Position numbers and translations under genes: made by a program. A stretch of DNA of 64,000 nt from positions 553 to 64,552 of the forward strand of contig CAMYNJ010000142.1 in assembly GCA_947259795.1 (NCBI GenBank), written 5' to 3'. This DNA is from an uncultured Alphaproteobacteria bacterium (GTDB lineage: Bacteria; Pseudomonadota; Alphaproteobacteria; UBA8366; JADFVY01). The notes under the pieces were generated by a model. The model was not told where the DNA came from. It saw nothing but the letters and a program-made list of their open reading frames with translations, and made no database searches. The first letter of the stretch is position 1, and every line of letters starts with the position of its first letter. Shown in pieces: positions 18,227 to 27,186 of this stretch.

Positions 18227-18784
18227 TCAATCGGACTCTCCTCGTTTCAAATAGTCCTGCACCGCCGCCAGCACTTTGTCGACCATGGGGCCGATCGGGC
18301 CGTCACCGCTGTCCACCACGATGTCGGCCTCGGCATAAACGGGATAGCGATGTTCTATCAGCGCCGCCAGCGTGCCCTTGGGATCGGCGGTTTTCAGCAG
18401 CGGTCGGTGACTGCGCCGGCTGACCCGTTCGAACAGCACATCCAGGTCGGCGCGCAGCCACAGCGATATGCCCTTTTCCCCGATCAGCGCCCTCGTCTCC
18501 GGATCCATGAAGGCACCGCCGCCGGTGGCCAGCACATGCACGGGTTCGGTATCCAGCAGCCGGGCGACCACCCGGCGTTCGCCGGCGCGGAAACCCTCTT
18601 CGCCGTCGCGCTCGAAGATTTCGCCGATGGTGCAGCCGGCGGCCTTCTCGATCTCTACGTCCGCGTCGATAAAGCGGACGTTCAGCAACGCCGCCACGCG
18701 GCGCCCCACCGCCGACTTGCCGGCGCCCATAAGTCCCACCAGAACCAACGGCTTCGGCAAAATAATAGGTTCTGTTTCCTGCAT
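18227..18784 (-). CDS. aroK: Shikimate kinase
   Basis: Start chosen at MQETEPIILPKPLVLVGLMGAGKSAVGRRVA (Walker A GAGKS). DADVEIE, GGGAF. The tracked ORF extends to 18871. Confidence 0.9.
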   Translation of the reverse strand: MQETEPIILPKPLVLVGLMGAGKSAVGRRVAALLNVRFIDADVEIEKAAGCTIGEIFERDGEEGFRAGERRVVARLLDTEPVHVLATGGGAFMDPETRALIGEKGISLWLRADLDVLFERVSRRSHRPLLKTADPKGTLAALIEHRYPVYAEADIVVDSGDGPIGPMVDKVLAAVQDYLKRGESD

Positions 18785-18969
18785 AAACGTGGTTTTCCTG
18801 CCGCGGCCGTCGCTGGGCCGTTGCGGCGGACCCTGTAGATAATTACACTGCCGCAGGATTGCCATAGTCAAAGGCTAGCGTAAACCCCGAACCGCCGGAA
18901 GTCCGCCATCCCCGCTGGACGCTTCCAATGCCTCGATAATTCCACAATTATGTTTCGAAACAGGACCGG

Positions 18970-19110
18970 ATGAACAAATACGTACAGATCGGCATCGCTC
19001 TATTCGCACTTCTCCTGATTGGCGGGTTGGTCGCACTTGGAGTCTGGGACGTACCCGCGCCTTCGAACATGGTCGAGACGGAACTCGATGATTCGCGCTT
19101 TCCCCGTTAA
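18970..19110 (+). CDS. Small single-pass membrane protein (46 aa), below the ORF-track length cutoff
   Basis: ATG at 18970 is preceded by [50 protein letters not shown] has one clean TM helix followed by a polar tail. TAA stop at 19108-19110. Overlaps the next gene start by 23 nt. Confidence 0.4.
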   Translation: MNKYVQIGIALFALLLIGGLVALGVWDVPAPSNMVETELDDSRFPR

Positions 19111-20872
19111 TCCGGGCCTGGCCTTCGCGATCTTTCTGACCGCCGCCCCGGCCCTTGCCCAGGAACCGGCGGGCGGCAGCCCGGCCCCGCTTTTCCCCGA
19201 GGGCGCCCCGCCGGCGCTGGACGCCCCGCCGCCTTCCTTGCCGGGGGAACCGGTCGAGGCCGGATCCGCCGCGGGGGAAGGGATATCGGGAATCGAAATC
19301 GGCGAGTTGAAGGAGCTGGACCCCGATTCGGGCGGCATCCTGGATGCTTCGATGGGCGGCCTCGGTGTGAATATGTGGGCGGGCACTGCCCGCGCCCGAT
19401 TGTTGCGCCTGTTGCCGCAGCTGCCCGACCGGTACGAATCGCCCACGCTCCATGATCTCGCAAGGCGTCTTCTGCTGTCGGCGGCGATTGCGCCCGCTCG
19501 CGGCGAGAAGGATTCCGATACCAGCCTGATCGGCCTGCGCATCGACCGGCTGGCCGCGATGGGCCTGGCCGGCGCCGTCGCCGAAATGATGGCGATCGCG
19601 CCGGCGCCGGAGACCGACGGCATGCTGATGCGGCTGCATGTCGATAACAGGCTCCTGCTGGGCGACAACGAGGGCGCCTGCCGGGGCGCCGCGGCGGGTG
19701 CGGCCGTGCTGGACCCGCTCTACCGCGATCGGCTCGCCGTCTTCTGCAGCGTACTGGCCGGTGACCGGGAAGCGGCGGGTTTCGCCACCAATCTGCTGCG
19801 CGAGGGCGGCGATCTTGACGACCCCGCCTTCTTTACCCTGGCCGACGCGCTGACCGCCGGTACCCGGCCGAAGGTGAAAAGCCTGACCGATCCGGCGCCG
19901 CTGCATCTGGCGATGGCCGCGGCGGCCGGCACCAAACTGCCGTCGGACGTGCAGGAGACCGAGTCCCCCCTGATACTGCGGGCATTGGCGGACAGTCCGC
20001 TGGTATCCGGTTCCGTCCAGCTCGCCGCGGCCGAACGCGCGGCGCTGGCTGGCGCCCTTGCGCCGGGCAGCCTGGCTGAACGCTATGCCGCCCTGGAATT
20101 CGGCGAGAAGGAACTGAACAATGCGCTCAGCATCGCCGAGGGCGAATATAGTCCCCGCAACAGGGCGCTGCTTTATCGCGCGACAAAACTCCAGCAACTC
20201 CCCGTAGCGCGGGCGGCCGCAATTCAGAAGGCCTGGTCACTTGCCGCTGAAAACGGATCCTACAGGCTCAGCGCCGGCATCTTTCGGACCGAACTTGAGG
20301 CGCTGCAACCTGGGGGGGAACTGGCCTGGTTCGCGCCCGACGCGGCGCGTGCCTTTTTCCTGCTCGATCAGCCCGACCGGGCCCTTGCCTGGGCGGCGAC
20401 GGCGCAGCGTTACGCCAAGGAAGCGGAAGAAGTGCATGCCGCGGCCCTGTTGTGGCCCCTGGTCGCCCTTGCCGAGGGTTCAGCCACCGGTTCCGGCCAC
20501 AGGCTCTGGCTTGCGGCCCTGGCGACAGCGAATGTCGCCGAGGCCGGCATGAAAGCAGGCCTCGCCTACAGCCTGTTCGAGGCCATGGGCGAGCGTATTG
20601 CGGAAGACCGCTGGGAGGCGCTGCTTGAGGGTGGCGGCCGGGCCGACGTTCTGGCGCCCGATCCGGCCTATATGCGCGCCTTCCGCAAGGCGGCCTCCGC
20701 CGGCCGGCGCGGCGAGACGGTGCTGTTGGCGATCCTGGTGCTGGGGGGTGGCGGGCTCGAGGAAAACGGGCCGGCGCTACTGTCCGAGATCGTCATCGGC
20801 CTGCGCAAGGTGGGGCTCGAGAACGAAGCCCGGCGGCTGGCGATCGAGGCGGCGCTGGCCACGGGAATGTAG
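19088..20872 (+). CDS. Secreted Ala-rich hypothetical protein (conserved upstream neighbour of xerD)
   Basis: Signal peptide [27 protein letters not shown], a Pro-rich linker, then a helical Ala/Leu-rich body. Its stop lies 1 nt before the xerD ATG. Confidence 0.7.
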   Translation: MIRAFPVNPGLAFAIFLTAAPALAQEPAGGSPAPLFPEGAPPALDAPPPSLPGEPVEAGSAAGEGISGIEIGELKELDPDSGGILDASMGGLGVNMWAGTARARLLRLLPQLPDRYESPTLHDLARRLLLSAAIAPARGEKDSDTSLIGLRIDRLAAMGLAGAVAEMMAIAPAPETDGMLMRLHVDNRLLLGDNEGACRGAAAGAAVLDPLYRDRLAVFCSVLAGDREAAGFATNLLREGGDLDDPAFFTLADALTAGTRPKVKSLTDPAPLHLAMAAAAGTKLPSDVQETESPLILRALADSPLVSGSVQLAAAERAALAGALAPGSLAERYAALEFGEKELNNALSIAEGEYSPRNRALLYRATKLQQLPVARAAAIQKAWSLAAENGSYRLSAGIFRTELEALQPGGELAWFAPDAARAFFLLDQPDRALAWAATAQRYAKEAEEVHAAALLWPLVALAEGSATGSGHRLWLAALATANVAEAGMKAGLAYSLFEAMGERIAEDRWEALLEGGGRADVLAPDPAYMRAFRKAASAGRRGETVLLAILVLGGGGLEENGPALLSEIVIGLRKVGLENEARRLAIEAALATGM

Positions 20873-20873
20873 G

Positions 20874-21806
20874 ATGTCCCGGTCCGGCCTCGATAGCGAA
20901 AACTTCCTGGAGATGCTGTCGGCGGAACGCGGCGCGGCGGCCAATACGCTGGATTCCTACCGGCGCGATCTCGACGGTTATCTGGGCCATCTGGCCGCGC
21001 GCGGGCGGACCGGCCGCGATGCCGGGGCGGCGGATATCCGCGGCTGGCTGGAAGCCATGTCGAAAGCCGGCATGGCGGCCAGCACGGCGGCGCGGCGGCT
21101 GTCGGCGATCCGCCAGTTCCACAGGTTCCTCTATACCGAGGGTCGACGCACCGACGACCCAACGGCGACGATCGACAGCCCGCGCCAGGGCCGCGGGCTG
21201 CCGAAGGTCTTGAGCGAGGATGAGGTCTCCCTCATGCTGGAGGTCGCGCGTGGCGACGAAACGCCGGCGGGCCTGCGCATGTCGGCGCTGCTGGAGATGC
21301 TCTATGCCACCGGCATGCGGGTGTCCGAACTGGTGCAGTTGCCGCTGTCGGCAGTGGCGCGCGATCAGGACTTCATCGTCGTGCGCGGCAAGGCGGCGAA
21401 GGAAAGGCTCGTGCCGCTGACCCGCAAGGCGCGCGAGGCGATCGCTGCCTACAAGGCGGTGCGTCCCCATTTCATTCCCAAAGGCGCGGAGTCGAAACGG
21501 CTGTTCCCGTCCAGCGGCAAGGAGGGCCACCTGACCCGCCAGCGTTTCGGGCAGATGCTGAAGGAACTGGCGGTGCTGTCGGGGATTTCGCCGGGCAAGG
21601 TCAGCCCGCATGTTCTGCGCCATGCCTTCGCCAGCCACCTGCTGGCCCATGGCGCTGATCTGCGCGCGGTGCAGCAGCTGCTGGGCCATGCCGACATATC
21701 GACCACCCAGATCTCCCCAGTTGAGCGGATGGTGCTCAGGTCTCTTCCAGATGGACCTCGTGTTCCTCGGGCGGTTCCAGTTGCCAGCCCTGGCGGTGGC
21801 GGCTGA
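20874..21806 (+). CDS. xerD: Tyrosine recombinase XerD, C-terminally disrupted (homology ends at residue 280; catalytic Tyr missing)
   Basis: [33 protein letters not shown]..., [46 protein letters not shown]. It then reads [10 protein letters not shown]... instead of the expected YTHV.... The last 71 nt overlap the tctA 3' end on the opposite strand. Confidence 0.85.
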   Translation: MSRSGLDSENFLEMLSAERGAAANTLDSYRRDLDGYLGHLAARGRTGRDAGAADIRGWLEAMSKAGMAASTAARRLSAIRQFHRFLYTEGRRTDDPTATIDSPRQGRGLPKVLSEDEVSLMLEVARGDETPAGLRMSALLEMLYATGMRVSELVQLPLSAVARDQDFIVVRGKAAKERLVPLTRKAREAIAAYKAVRPHFIPKGAESKRLFPSSGKEGHLTRQRFGQMLKELAVLSGISPGKVSPHVLRHAFASHLLAHGADLRAVQQLLGHADISTTQISPVERMVLRSLPDGPRVPRAVPVASPGGGG

Positions 21807-23421
21807 CCAGCAGCCAGACGCCGATCGCCACCAGCAGCCCGCCAACGATCGGCCGCGGTATGCCGCCCATCATGAACAGCGGCGGCGCGAGCGCCAGGCA
21901 AAGCGCCGGCAGGAAGCCCAATGTCCAGGGCTTGCGGCCGCGCTGCTTCTGGTACCAGGGGAACACCATCGAGAAGATCGCGATGATCAGGAAGAACAGC
22001 GACCAGGGACGTGTGATGAACAGGCCCAAATCGTCGCTGATGGCCAGTGCGCGCGACAGGTTGACCTCGGCGATGCCGCCCAGCACCACGCCCAGGATCA
22101 TCGGCGCCAGCGGGAAGCCCAGCTGGCGCATGATGTAGCCCAGCAGCCCGAACCAGAACAGCGTCCAGATATCGAAGGTCACATTATGCAGCGCGAATAC
22201 GCCGATGGCGCAATAGGTCAGGATCACGCCAGCCAGCATATACATCGGGATCCGCGTAACCATCAGGAACGCGCGTAGCGCGATCGCCTGGGTGCCCAGC
22301 ATCAGGAAGTTGGCCAGGAAGAAGGCCAGGAAGATGCTGTAGGCCAGCACCGGCTGGTCACCGATGAAGGAAGGGCTGGGCACCACGTCATGGATCAACA
22401 GCGCACCCAGCATGACGGCAGTGACGACGTCGCCGGGAATGCCCAGCGCCATCATGGTGATCAGCGCGCCGCCGGCCGTCGCATTGTTCGCCGACTCCGA
22501 GGCAACGATGCCTTCCGCACAGCCGGTCCCGAAGTCCTGCGGCCTTTTCGATGCCTTCTTTGCCTGGTCGTAGGCCAGGATGTTCGAAATCGAACCGCCG
22601 GCCGCCGGCAGGATGCCGGTGAAAACCCCGATCAGCGACGAACGGATCAGGTTGATCCAGTTGCCCGCGATGGCCTTGACGGCCGCCAGATGTTCCACCC
22701 GCACGGCCTTGGCGCCCTTTTCCATCAGCGGCTTCCGGGCCGCTTTGGTGTCCTGCACGTCGCTCATCAATTGGCTGAAGGCGAACAGCCCGACGAGTAC
22801 CGGCAGGAAGGCGAAGCCCTGCTTCAGGGCATCGGTGCCGAAATTGAAACGCGCCACGCCGTTGATGTCGTCCTCGCCGATCGTCGCGACCAGCAGACCC
22901 AGCGCGCCGGCGATCAGTCCCTTGACGAGGTTTTCGCCGGCCAGGCTGGCCGTGATGGTCAGTGCGAACAGGACCAGAGAGAAATAGTCCCAGGGGCCGA
23001 ATTCAAGCCCGATCCGGGCCAGTTGAGGGGCCAACGTCATCAGCAGGATGGCGCTGAAAATGCCGCCGAAGAACGACGACCAGACGCCGATGCCGAGCGC
23101 CAGCCCGGGCCGGCCCTTGCGCGCCATCGGGAATCCGTCGAAAGTCGTGGCGACGGATGAGGGCGTGCCTGGAATGCCGGTCAGGACACCGGACATCAGC
23201 CCGCCGGAAAGGCCGCCGACGAAAACGCCGATCATGGTCGCCAGCCCCTCGACGGTCGACAGGCCGAAGGTAAAGGGCAGGGTGAGCACCACCGCCATGG
23301 TGATGGTGAAGCCCGGGATGGCGCCTGCAATCAGGCCGGACAGCACACCCAGCGCCATCAACAGCAGGATCTTGATCTGGACGACCTCGCCGAAGGCCCC
23401 GATGACATTTTCGATCAGCAT
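21736..23421 (-). CDS. tctA: Tripartite tricarboxylate transporter permease TctA (with about 60-aa C-terminal extension)
   Basis: 561 aa, polytopic membrane protein. [26 protein letters not shown]. Confidence 0.85.
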   Translation of the reverse strand: MLIENVIGAFGEVVQIKILLLMALGVLSGLIAGAIPGFTITMAVVLTLPFTFGLSTVEGLATMIGVFVGGLSGGLMSGVLTGIPGTPSSVATTFDGFPMARKGRPGLALGIGVWSSFFGGIFSAILLMTLAPQLARIGLEFGPWDYFSLVLFALTITASLAGENLVKGLIAGALGLLVATIGEDDINGVARFNFGTDALKQGFAFLPVLVGLFAFSQLMSDVQDTKAARKPLMEKGAKAVRVEHLAAVKAIAGNWINLIRSSLIGVFTGILPAAGGSISNILAYDQAKKASKRPQDFGTGCAEGIVASESANNATAGGALITMMALGIPGDVVTAVMLGALLIHDVVPSPSFIGDQPVLAYSIFLAFFLANFLMLGTQAIALRAFLMVTRIPMYMLAGVILTYCAIGVFALHNVTFDIWTLFWFGLLGYIMRQLGFPLAPMILGVVLGGIAEVNLSRALAISDDLGLFITRPWSLFFLIIAIFSMVFPWYQKQRGRKPWTLGFLPALCLALAPPLFMMGGIPRPIVGGLLVAIGVWLLVSRHRQGWQLEPPEEHEVHLEET

Positions 23422-23430
23422 GGCCGGTCC

Positions 23431-23913
23431 CTACCAGATTGCCAGAATTTCGCCCTCGGGCAGGATGACCCGAAGCGCGAAGGTAAAGATGGCCCACATG
23501 GCGCCAACCGAAACGACGGCGACCAGGGCGTGGATTGCGAGTTGCCGCGGCGTGCGCTCGCCCAGCACGCTGAGCGCCAGGAACACGAAGGCGATGCCGC
23601 CCAGCAGCATGCCCAGGAAATCCAGCGCCAGGAGAAATGCCAGGAACAGCCCGTAACACAGGATTGCGTTGCGATAGCGGCTGAGGAACCCGGCCTCGTG
23701 CCTTGCCGCCTCGTCCGGGCCCTTGCGCACCGACTGGAACAGGTAGATCGACGACAGCACGAACATCACGGCGAGGATCAGGCGCGGCCATACCTCCGCC
23801 CCGATGGTGCCGTAGCTGGTCTGTTCGATCTGGAAGCTGGCGGCATAGAACACACCGCAGAACAGCAACAAAAATACCGCAACGACGGTATCGCGGTTGA
23901 TGGCGCCCACCAT
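23431..23913 (-). CDS. tctB: Tripartite tricarboxylate transporter small membrane subunit TctB
   Basis: 160 aa, 4 TM segments, located between tctC and tctA. Confidence 0.8.
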   Translation of the reverse strand: MVGAINRDTVVAVFLLLFCGVFYAASFQIEQTSYGTIGAEVWPRLILAVMFVLSSIYLFQSVRKGPDEAARHEAGFLSRYRNAILCYGLFLAFLLALDFLGMLLGGIAFVFLALSVLGERTPRQLAIHALVAVVSVGAMWAIFTFALRVILPEGEILAIW

Positions 23914-23992
23914 CTCTCTCCCTGGTATTGGTTCTCGATCGAGAGGTCAGCCCGAACCGTCGTGGGCCCGGGCCAACCAATCAGCCGTGCGA

Positions 23993-24955
23993 TCAGCCCT
24001 TATACATGCCGATCTTGATGGCGATCTTCTTCCAGTGGTCGAAGGTCTTCTCGAAATAGGCGCGGTAATCGTCGCCGGCGATGAACGGCATCGAACTGCC
24101 TTTCGCCGCCATCTGCGCCTGCACGTCCGGGTCGTTGGCGACCTTCGTGAAGATCGCGACGTAGTGATCGACGACTTCCTTCGACGCGCCCTTGGGCAGC
24201 ATAACGCCGCGATCGGTGCCCATCACCAGGTCATAGCCCTGCTCTTTCATCGTCATCAAACCCGGAACGTCCGGGTTGCGCTCCGGCGTGGTGATGCCCA
24301 GGGCCTTGAGCTCGTTGGTCTGGATGTATTTCTTGGCCGACGCAAGGTTGATCTCGCCGATCTGGATATTATTGGCCAGCAGCGCGGTCATGCGCTCGCG
24401 CGTGCCGTCATAGGAGATATGCTTGAACTGGACGCCCGCGGCATCTTCCAGCAGCAGCATGGCGAAATGGCTGGTGGAACCCAGCGTGCCGCCGGCCAGG
24501 ACCTCGCCCGGATGCGCCTTGGCGTAATCCACCAGGCCCTTCACGTCGCTAAAGGGGACGTTGACGTTGGCGCCATAGATGGTCGGCGTGCGGGTCATCA
24601 GGGCGACCGGTTCGAAGGCATCCCAGGTGAAGTCGACGCGGCCGGTCAAGAAGCTGCTGAGGGCGCTTTGATGGATGGCGAACAGGGTGCAGCCGTCGGG
24701 CTTGGCCTTCACGGCCTCCTTGGCGCCCTTGTTGCCGCCCTGGCCACCCATATTGACCACCTGGATCTGCGGCTTGGCGCCCTGCTTGTTGGCCGATTCG
24801 ACCAGGATTCGGAAGATGACGTCGGTGCCGCCGCCGGCGCCCCAGGGCACGATCAGCTTGGCCGTGCCGCAAGGGATTTCCGCCTTTGCCGGCGCGGTTG
24901 CGGTGATCGCCAGAGCCGCCGCGGCGGCGATTCCGATGAGGGATTTACGTATCAT
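23993..24955 (-). CDS. tctC: Tripartite tricarboxylate transporter substrate-binding protein TctC (Bug family)
   Basis: Start chosen at MIRKSLIGIAAAAALAITATAPAKA (signal peptide). VPWGAGGGTDVIFR and VVNMGGQGGNKGA motifs. Confidence 0.85.
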   Translation of the reverse strand: MIRKSLIGIAAAAALAITATAPAKAEIPCGTAKLIVPWGAGGGTDVIFRILVESANKQGAKPQIQVVNMGGQGGNKGAKEAVKAKPDGCTLFAIHQSALSSFLTGRVDFTWDAFEPVALMTRTPTIYGANVNVPFSDVKGLVDYAKAHPGEVLAGGTLGSTSHFAMLLLEDAAGVQFKHISYDGTRERMTALLANNIQIGEINLASAKKYIQTNELKALGITTPERNPDVPGLMTMKEQGYDLVMGTDRGVMLPKGASKEVVDHYVAIFTKVANDPDVQAQMAAKGSSMPFIAGDDYRAYFEKTFDHWKKIAIKIGMYKG

Positions 24956-25050
24956 TATATCTCTCCCTGAGATTGGTTCTGTCGGTTGCCGCGAACGCTG
25001 TTCCCGGCCGGTCGGCATGCGGCCCGAGGATCGGTCCGTTACCTTGAAAA

Positions 25051-25087
25051 GCCAATATCGCAGTCGGTCTTGATCTGCGATATTGGC
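25051..25087. promoter_or_regulatory. Perfect 13-bp inverted repeat (candidate operator) in the tctC / aspartate-dehydrogenase divergent intergenic region
   Basis: GCCAATATCGCAG (25051-25063), N11, CTGCGATATTGGC (25075-25087), followed by CTAGCCTAGCCTA. Confidence 0.4.
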
Positions 25088-25160
25088 CTAGCCTAGCCTA
25101 TGCGTAGCCGGTTTGCCAACCGTGGCATACCAAGAAACAGCGGAAAGAATTTTTCACGAT

Positions 25161-25973
25161 ATGACTAGTTCACATTCTGTCGCCATTGGCGGATTCGGGG
25201 CGATCGGCATGGCCGTCGCGCGCAAGCTGGACGAGGGGATCGCGGGGCTGCACCTGGCCGCCGTGTCGGCGCGCGACCGCGAGGCCGCTTCCTACCGCAT
25301 GCAGAATTTTCGCAAGCCCGTCCCCGTGATCGCCGCCGGCGAGCTCGCGGAATACGGCGACATCGTCGTGGAATGCGCCCCGGCGGCGGTTTTCGCCGAA
25401 ATCGCCGAACCTGCGCTGAAAGCCGGGCGCATCTTCATGCCGCTCAGCATCGGGCAGTTGCTGGTTCATCCCGACTATGAGGATCTGGCGCGCGCCAATC
25501 ATGGTCGCATCATCGCGCCGACCGGGGCGCTGTTAGGGCTGGATGCCGTGCGCGCGGCGGCCGAGGGGACCATCGAGTCTGTCACCATGGTCACCCGCAA
25601 GCCGCCCGGCGGCCTGGCCGGCGCGCCTTACCTGGAACAGCAGGGCATTTCCCTGGACGGGCTGGCCAAACCGCTGAAGGTTTTCGAAGGGACCGCGCGC
25701 GAGGGAGCCAGGGGGTTTCCCGCCAACGTCAATGTCGCTGCCGCGCTGAGCCTCGCCGGCATCGGCCCCGACCGCACCCGCCTGGAAATCTGGGCCGACC
25801 CGGCGGTGACGCGCAATACCCATGTCATCACCGTCGAGGCCGATAGCGTGCGCTTCGAGATGAAGATCGAAAACGTCCCGTCGGTGGAAAATCCGCGCAC
25901 CGGCAAACTGACGCCGCTCAGCGTGATCGCGGCCCTGCGCGGGCTGGTCTCGCCTATGCGAATCGGCACCTGA
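25161..25973 (+). CDS. Aspartate dehydrogenase domain protein (NadX-like, DUF108)
   Basis: VAIGGFGAIGMAVARKL Rossmann start, GALLGLDAVRAA, FPANVNVAAALSLAG, NTHVITVEADS. The ORF is open from TTG at 25113; ATG at 25161 is preferred. Confidence 0.8.
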   Translation: MTSSHSVAIGGFGAIGMAVARKLDEGIAGLHLAAVSARDREAASYRMQNFRKPVPVIAAGELAEYGDIVVECAPAAVFAEIAEPALKAGRIFMPLSIGQLLVHPDYEDLARANHGRIIAPTGALLGLDAVRAAAEGTIESVTMVTRKPPGGLAGAPYLEQQGISLDGLAKPLKVFEGTAREGARGFPANVNVAAALSLAGIGPDRTRLEIWADPAVTRNTHVITVEADSVRFEMKIENVPSVENPRTGKLTPLSVIAALRGLVSPMRIGT

Positions 25974-26082
25974 TAGCCTTCACCATAAACCCGCCGATTC
26001 GGTTGACTTTCCGGGCCGGAGGGGGCATGTTGCGCTGCAACATGGAAATGTTCCCGAGTCCCCCGCCAGCCAGAGGACAGGC

Positions 26083-27060
26083 ATGAGCTTCACGATCGTC
26101 GAGCAGGTGCCCGCGCGCGGCAACCGCTGCGAATTGGCGGTGCCGGGCAGCCGCCCCGAATTGTTTGAAAAGGCGGCGAAATCGGCTGCGGACGTTATTT
26201 TCCTGGACCTCGAGGATGCGGTAGCGCCGGACCGGAAGGAGCAGGCCCGCAAGAACATCATACAGGGACTGCGGGACGTCGACTTCGGCAGGAAGACCGT
26301 CTCGTTGCGCATCAACGGTCTCGACACCCCCTATATGTACCGCGACGTGGTCGACGTGCTGGAGCAGGGCGGTGAGCGGCTGGACCTGATCATGATCCCC
26401 AAGGCCGGCACGGCGGCCGACATCTATGCGCTGGACCTGCTGGTGACCCAGATCGAGGCGGCCATGGGCCGCCGGAAGCGCATCGGCTTCGAGATGATCA
26501 TCGAAACCGCGCTGGGCATGCAGAATGTGGAAGAGATCGCTGCCGCCAGCCCGCGCAATGAATCTCTGCATTTCGGCGTTGCCGACTACGCCGCCTCGAT
26601 CGGTGCGCGGACGACCGGCATCGGCGGCCCGCATCCCGATTACGGCGTCCTGACCGACCCGGCCGAAGACGGGTCGCGGGACTATCACTGGGGCGACATG
26701 TGGCATTACGCCATCGCCCGCATGGTGGTGGCCGCACGCGCGAACGGGCTGCGGCCGATCGACGGGCCGTTCGGCGATTTCTCCGACCCGGACGGTTTCA
26801 AGGCCCATGCCGGGCGCGCGGCGGTGATGGGCTGCGAAGGCAAATGGGCCATCCATCCCAGCCAGATCGAACTGGCCAACGAGGTCTACAGCCCATCCGA
26901 GGCCGAGGTGGCGAAGGCCCGGCGAATCCTTGAGGCCATGGAACAGGCCCAGAAGGAAGGCAAGGGCGCGGTAGCGCTGGACGGCAAGCTGATCGACATC
27001 GCCTCCATCAAGCAGGCGGAAAACATGGTGCGGCTGGCCGAACAGATCGGTAACGACTGA
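26083..27060 (+). CDS. mcl: L-malyl-CoA/beta-methylmalyl-CoA lyase (HpcH/HpaI aldolase-citrate lyase beta family)
   Basis: 325 aa. NRCELAVPGSRPELFEKAAKSAADVIFLDLEDAVAPD..., GPFGDFSD, KWAIHPSQIELANEVYSPSE, and DIASIKQAE closely follow the Rhodobacter Mcl1 sequence as I remember it. Confidence 0.85.
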   Translation: MSFTIVEQVPARGNRCELAVPGSRPELFEKAAKSAADVIFLDLEDAVAPDRKEQARKNIIQGLRDVDFGRKTVSLRINGLDTPYMYRDVVDVLEQGGERLDLIMIPKAGTAADIYALDLLVTQIEAAMGRRKRIGFEMIIETALGMQNVEEIAAASPRNESLHFGVADYAASIGARTTGIGGPHPDYGVLTDPAEDGSRDYHWGDMWHYAIARMVVAARANGLRPIDGPFGDFSDPDGFKAHAGRAAVMGCEGKWAIHPSQIELANEVYSPSEAEVAKARRILEAMEQAQKEGKGAVALDGKLIDIASIKQAENMVRLAEQIGND

Positions 27061-27186
27061 CTTTTACGGCAGCGCCCCAATCCTGACTCAATTTTGAATC
27101 ATGGTTAATCCCTCGAATTAGGGGTATGTTAAATAATGTGACCGATATCTGTCCGTTAACGGACATGCGGGGCAATCGACGGACCG

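Noticed and set aside
17991-18254. 79-aa (-) and 81-aa (+) ORFs inside the aroK-aroB element, which could have been a small MITE-encoded protein.
   Set aside because: Both are mirror-image products of the palindrome and are Arg/Pro/Gly-rich. They have no RBS and are far too short for a transposase.
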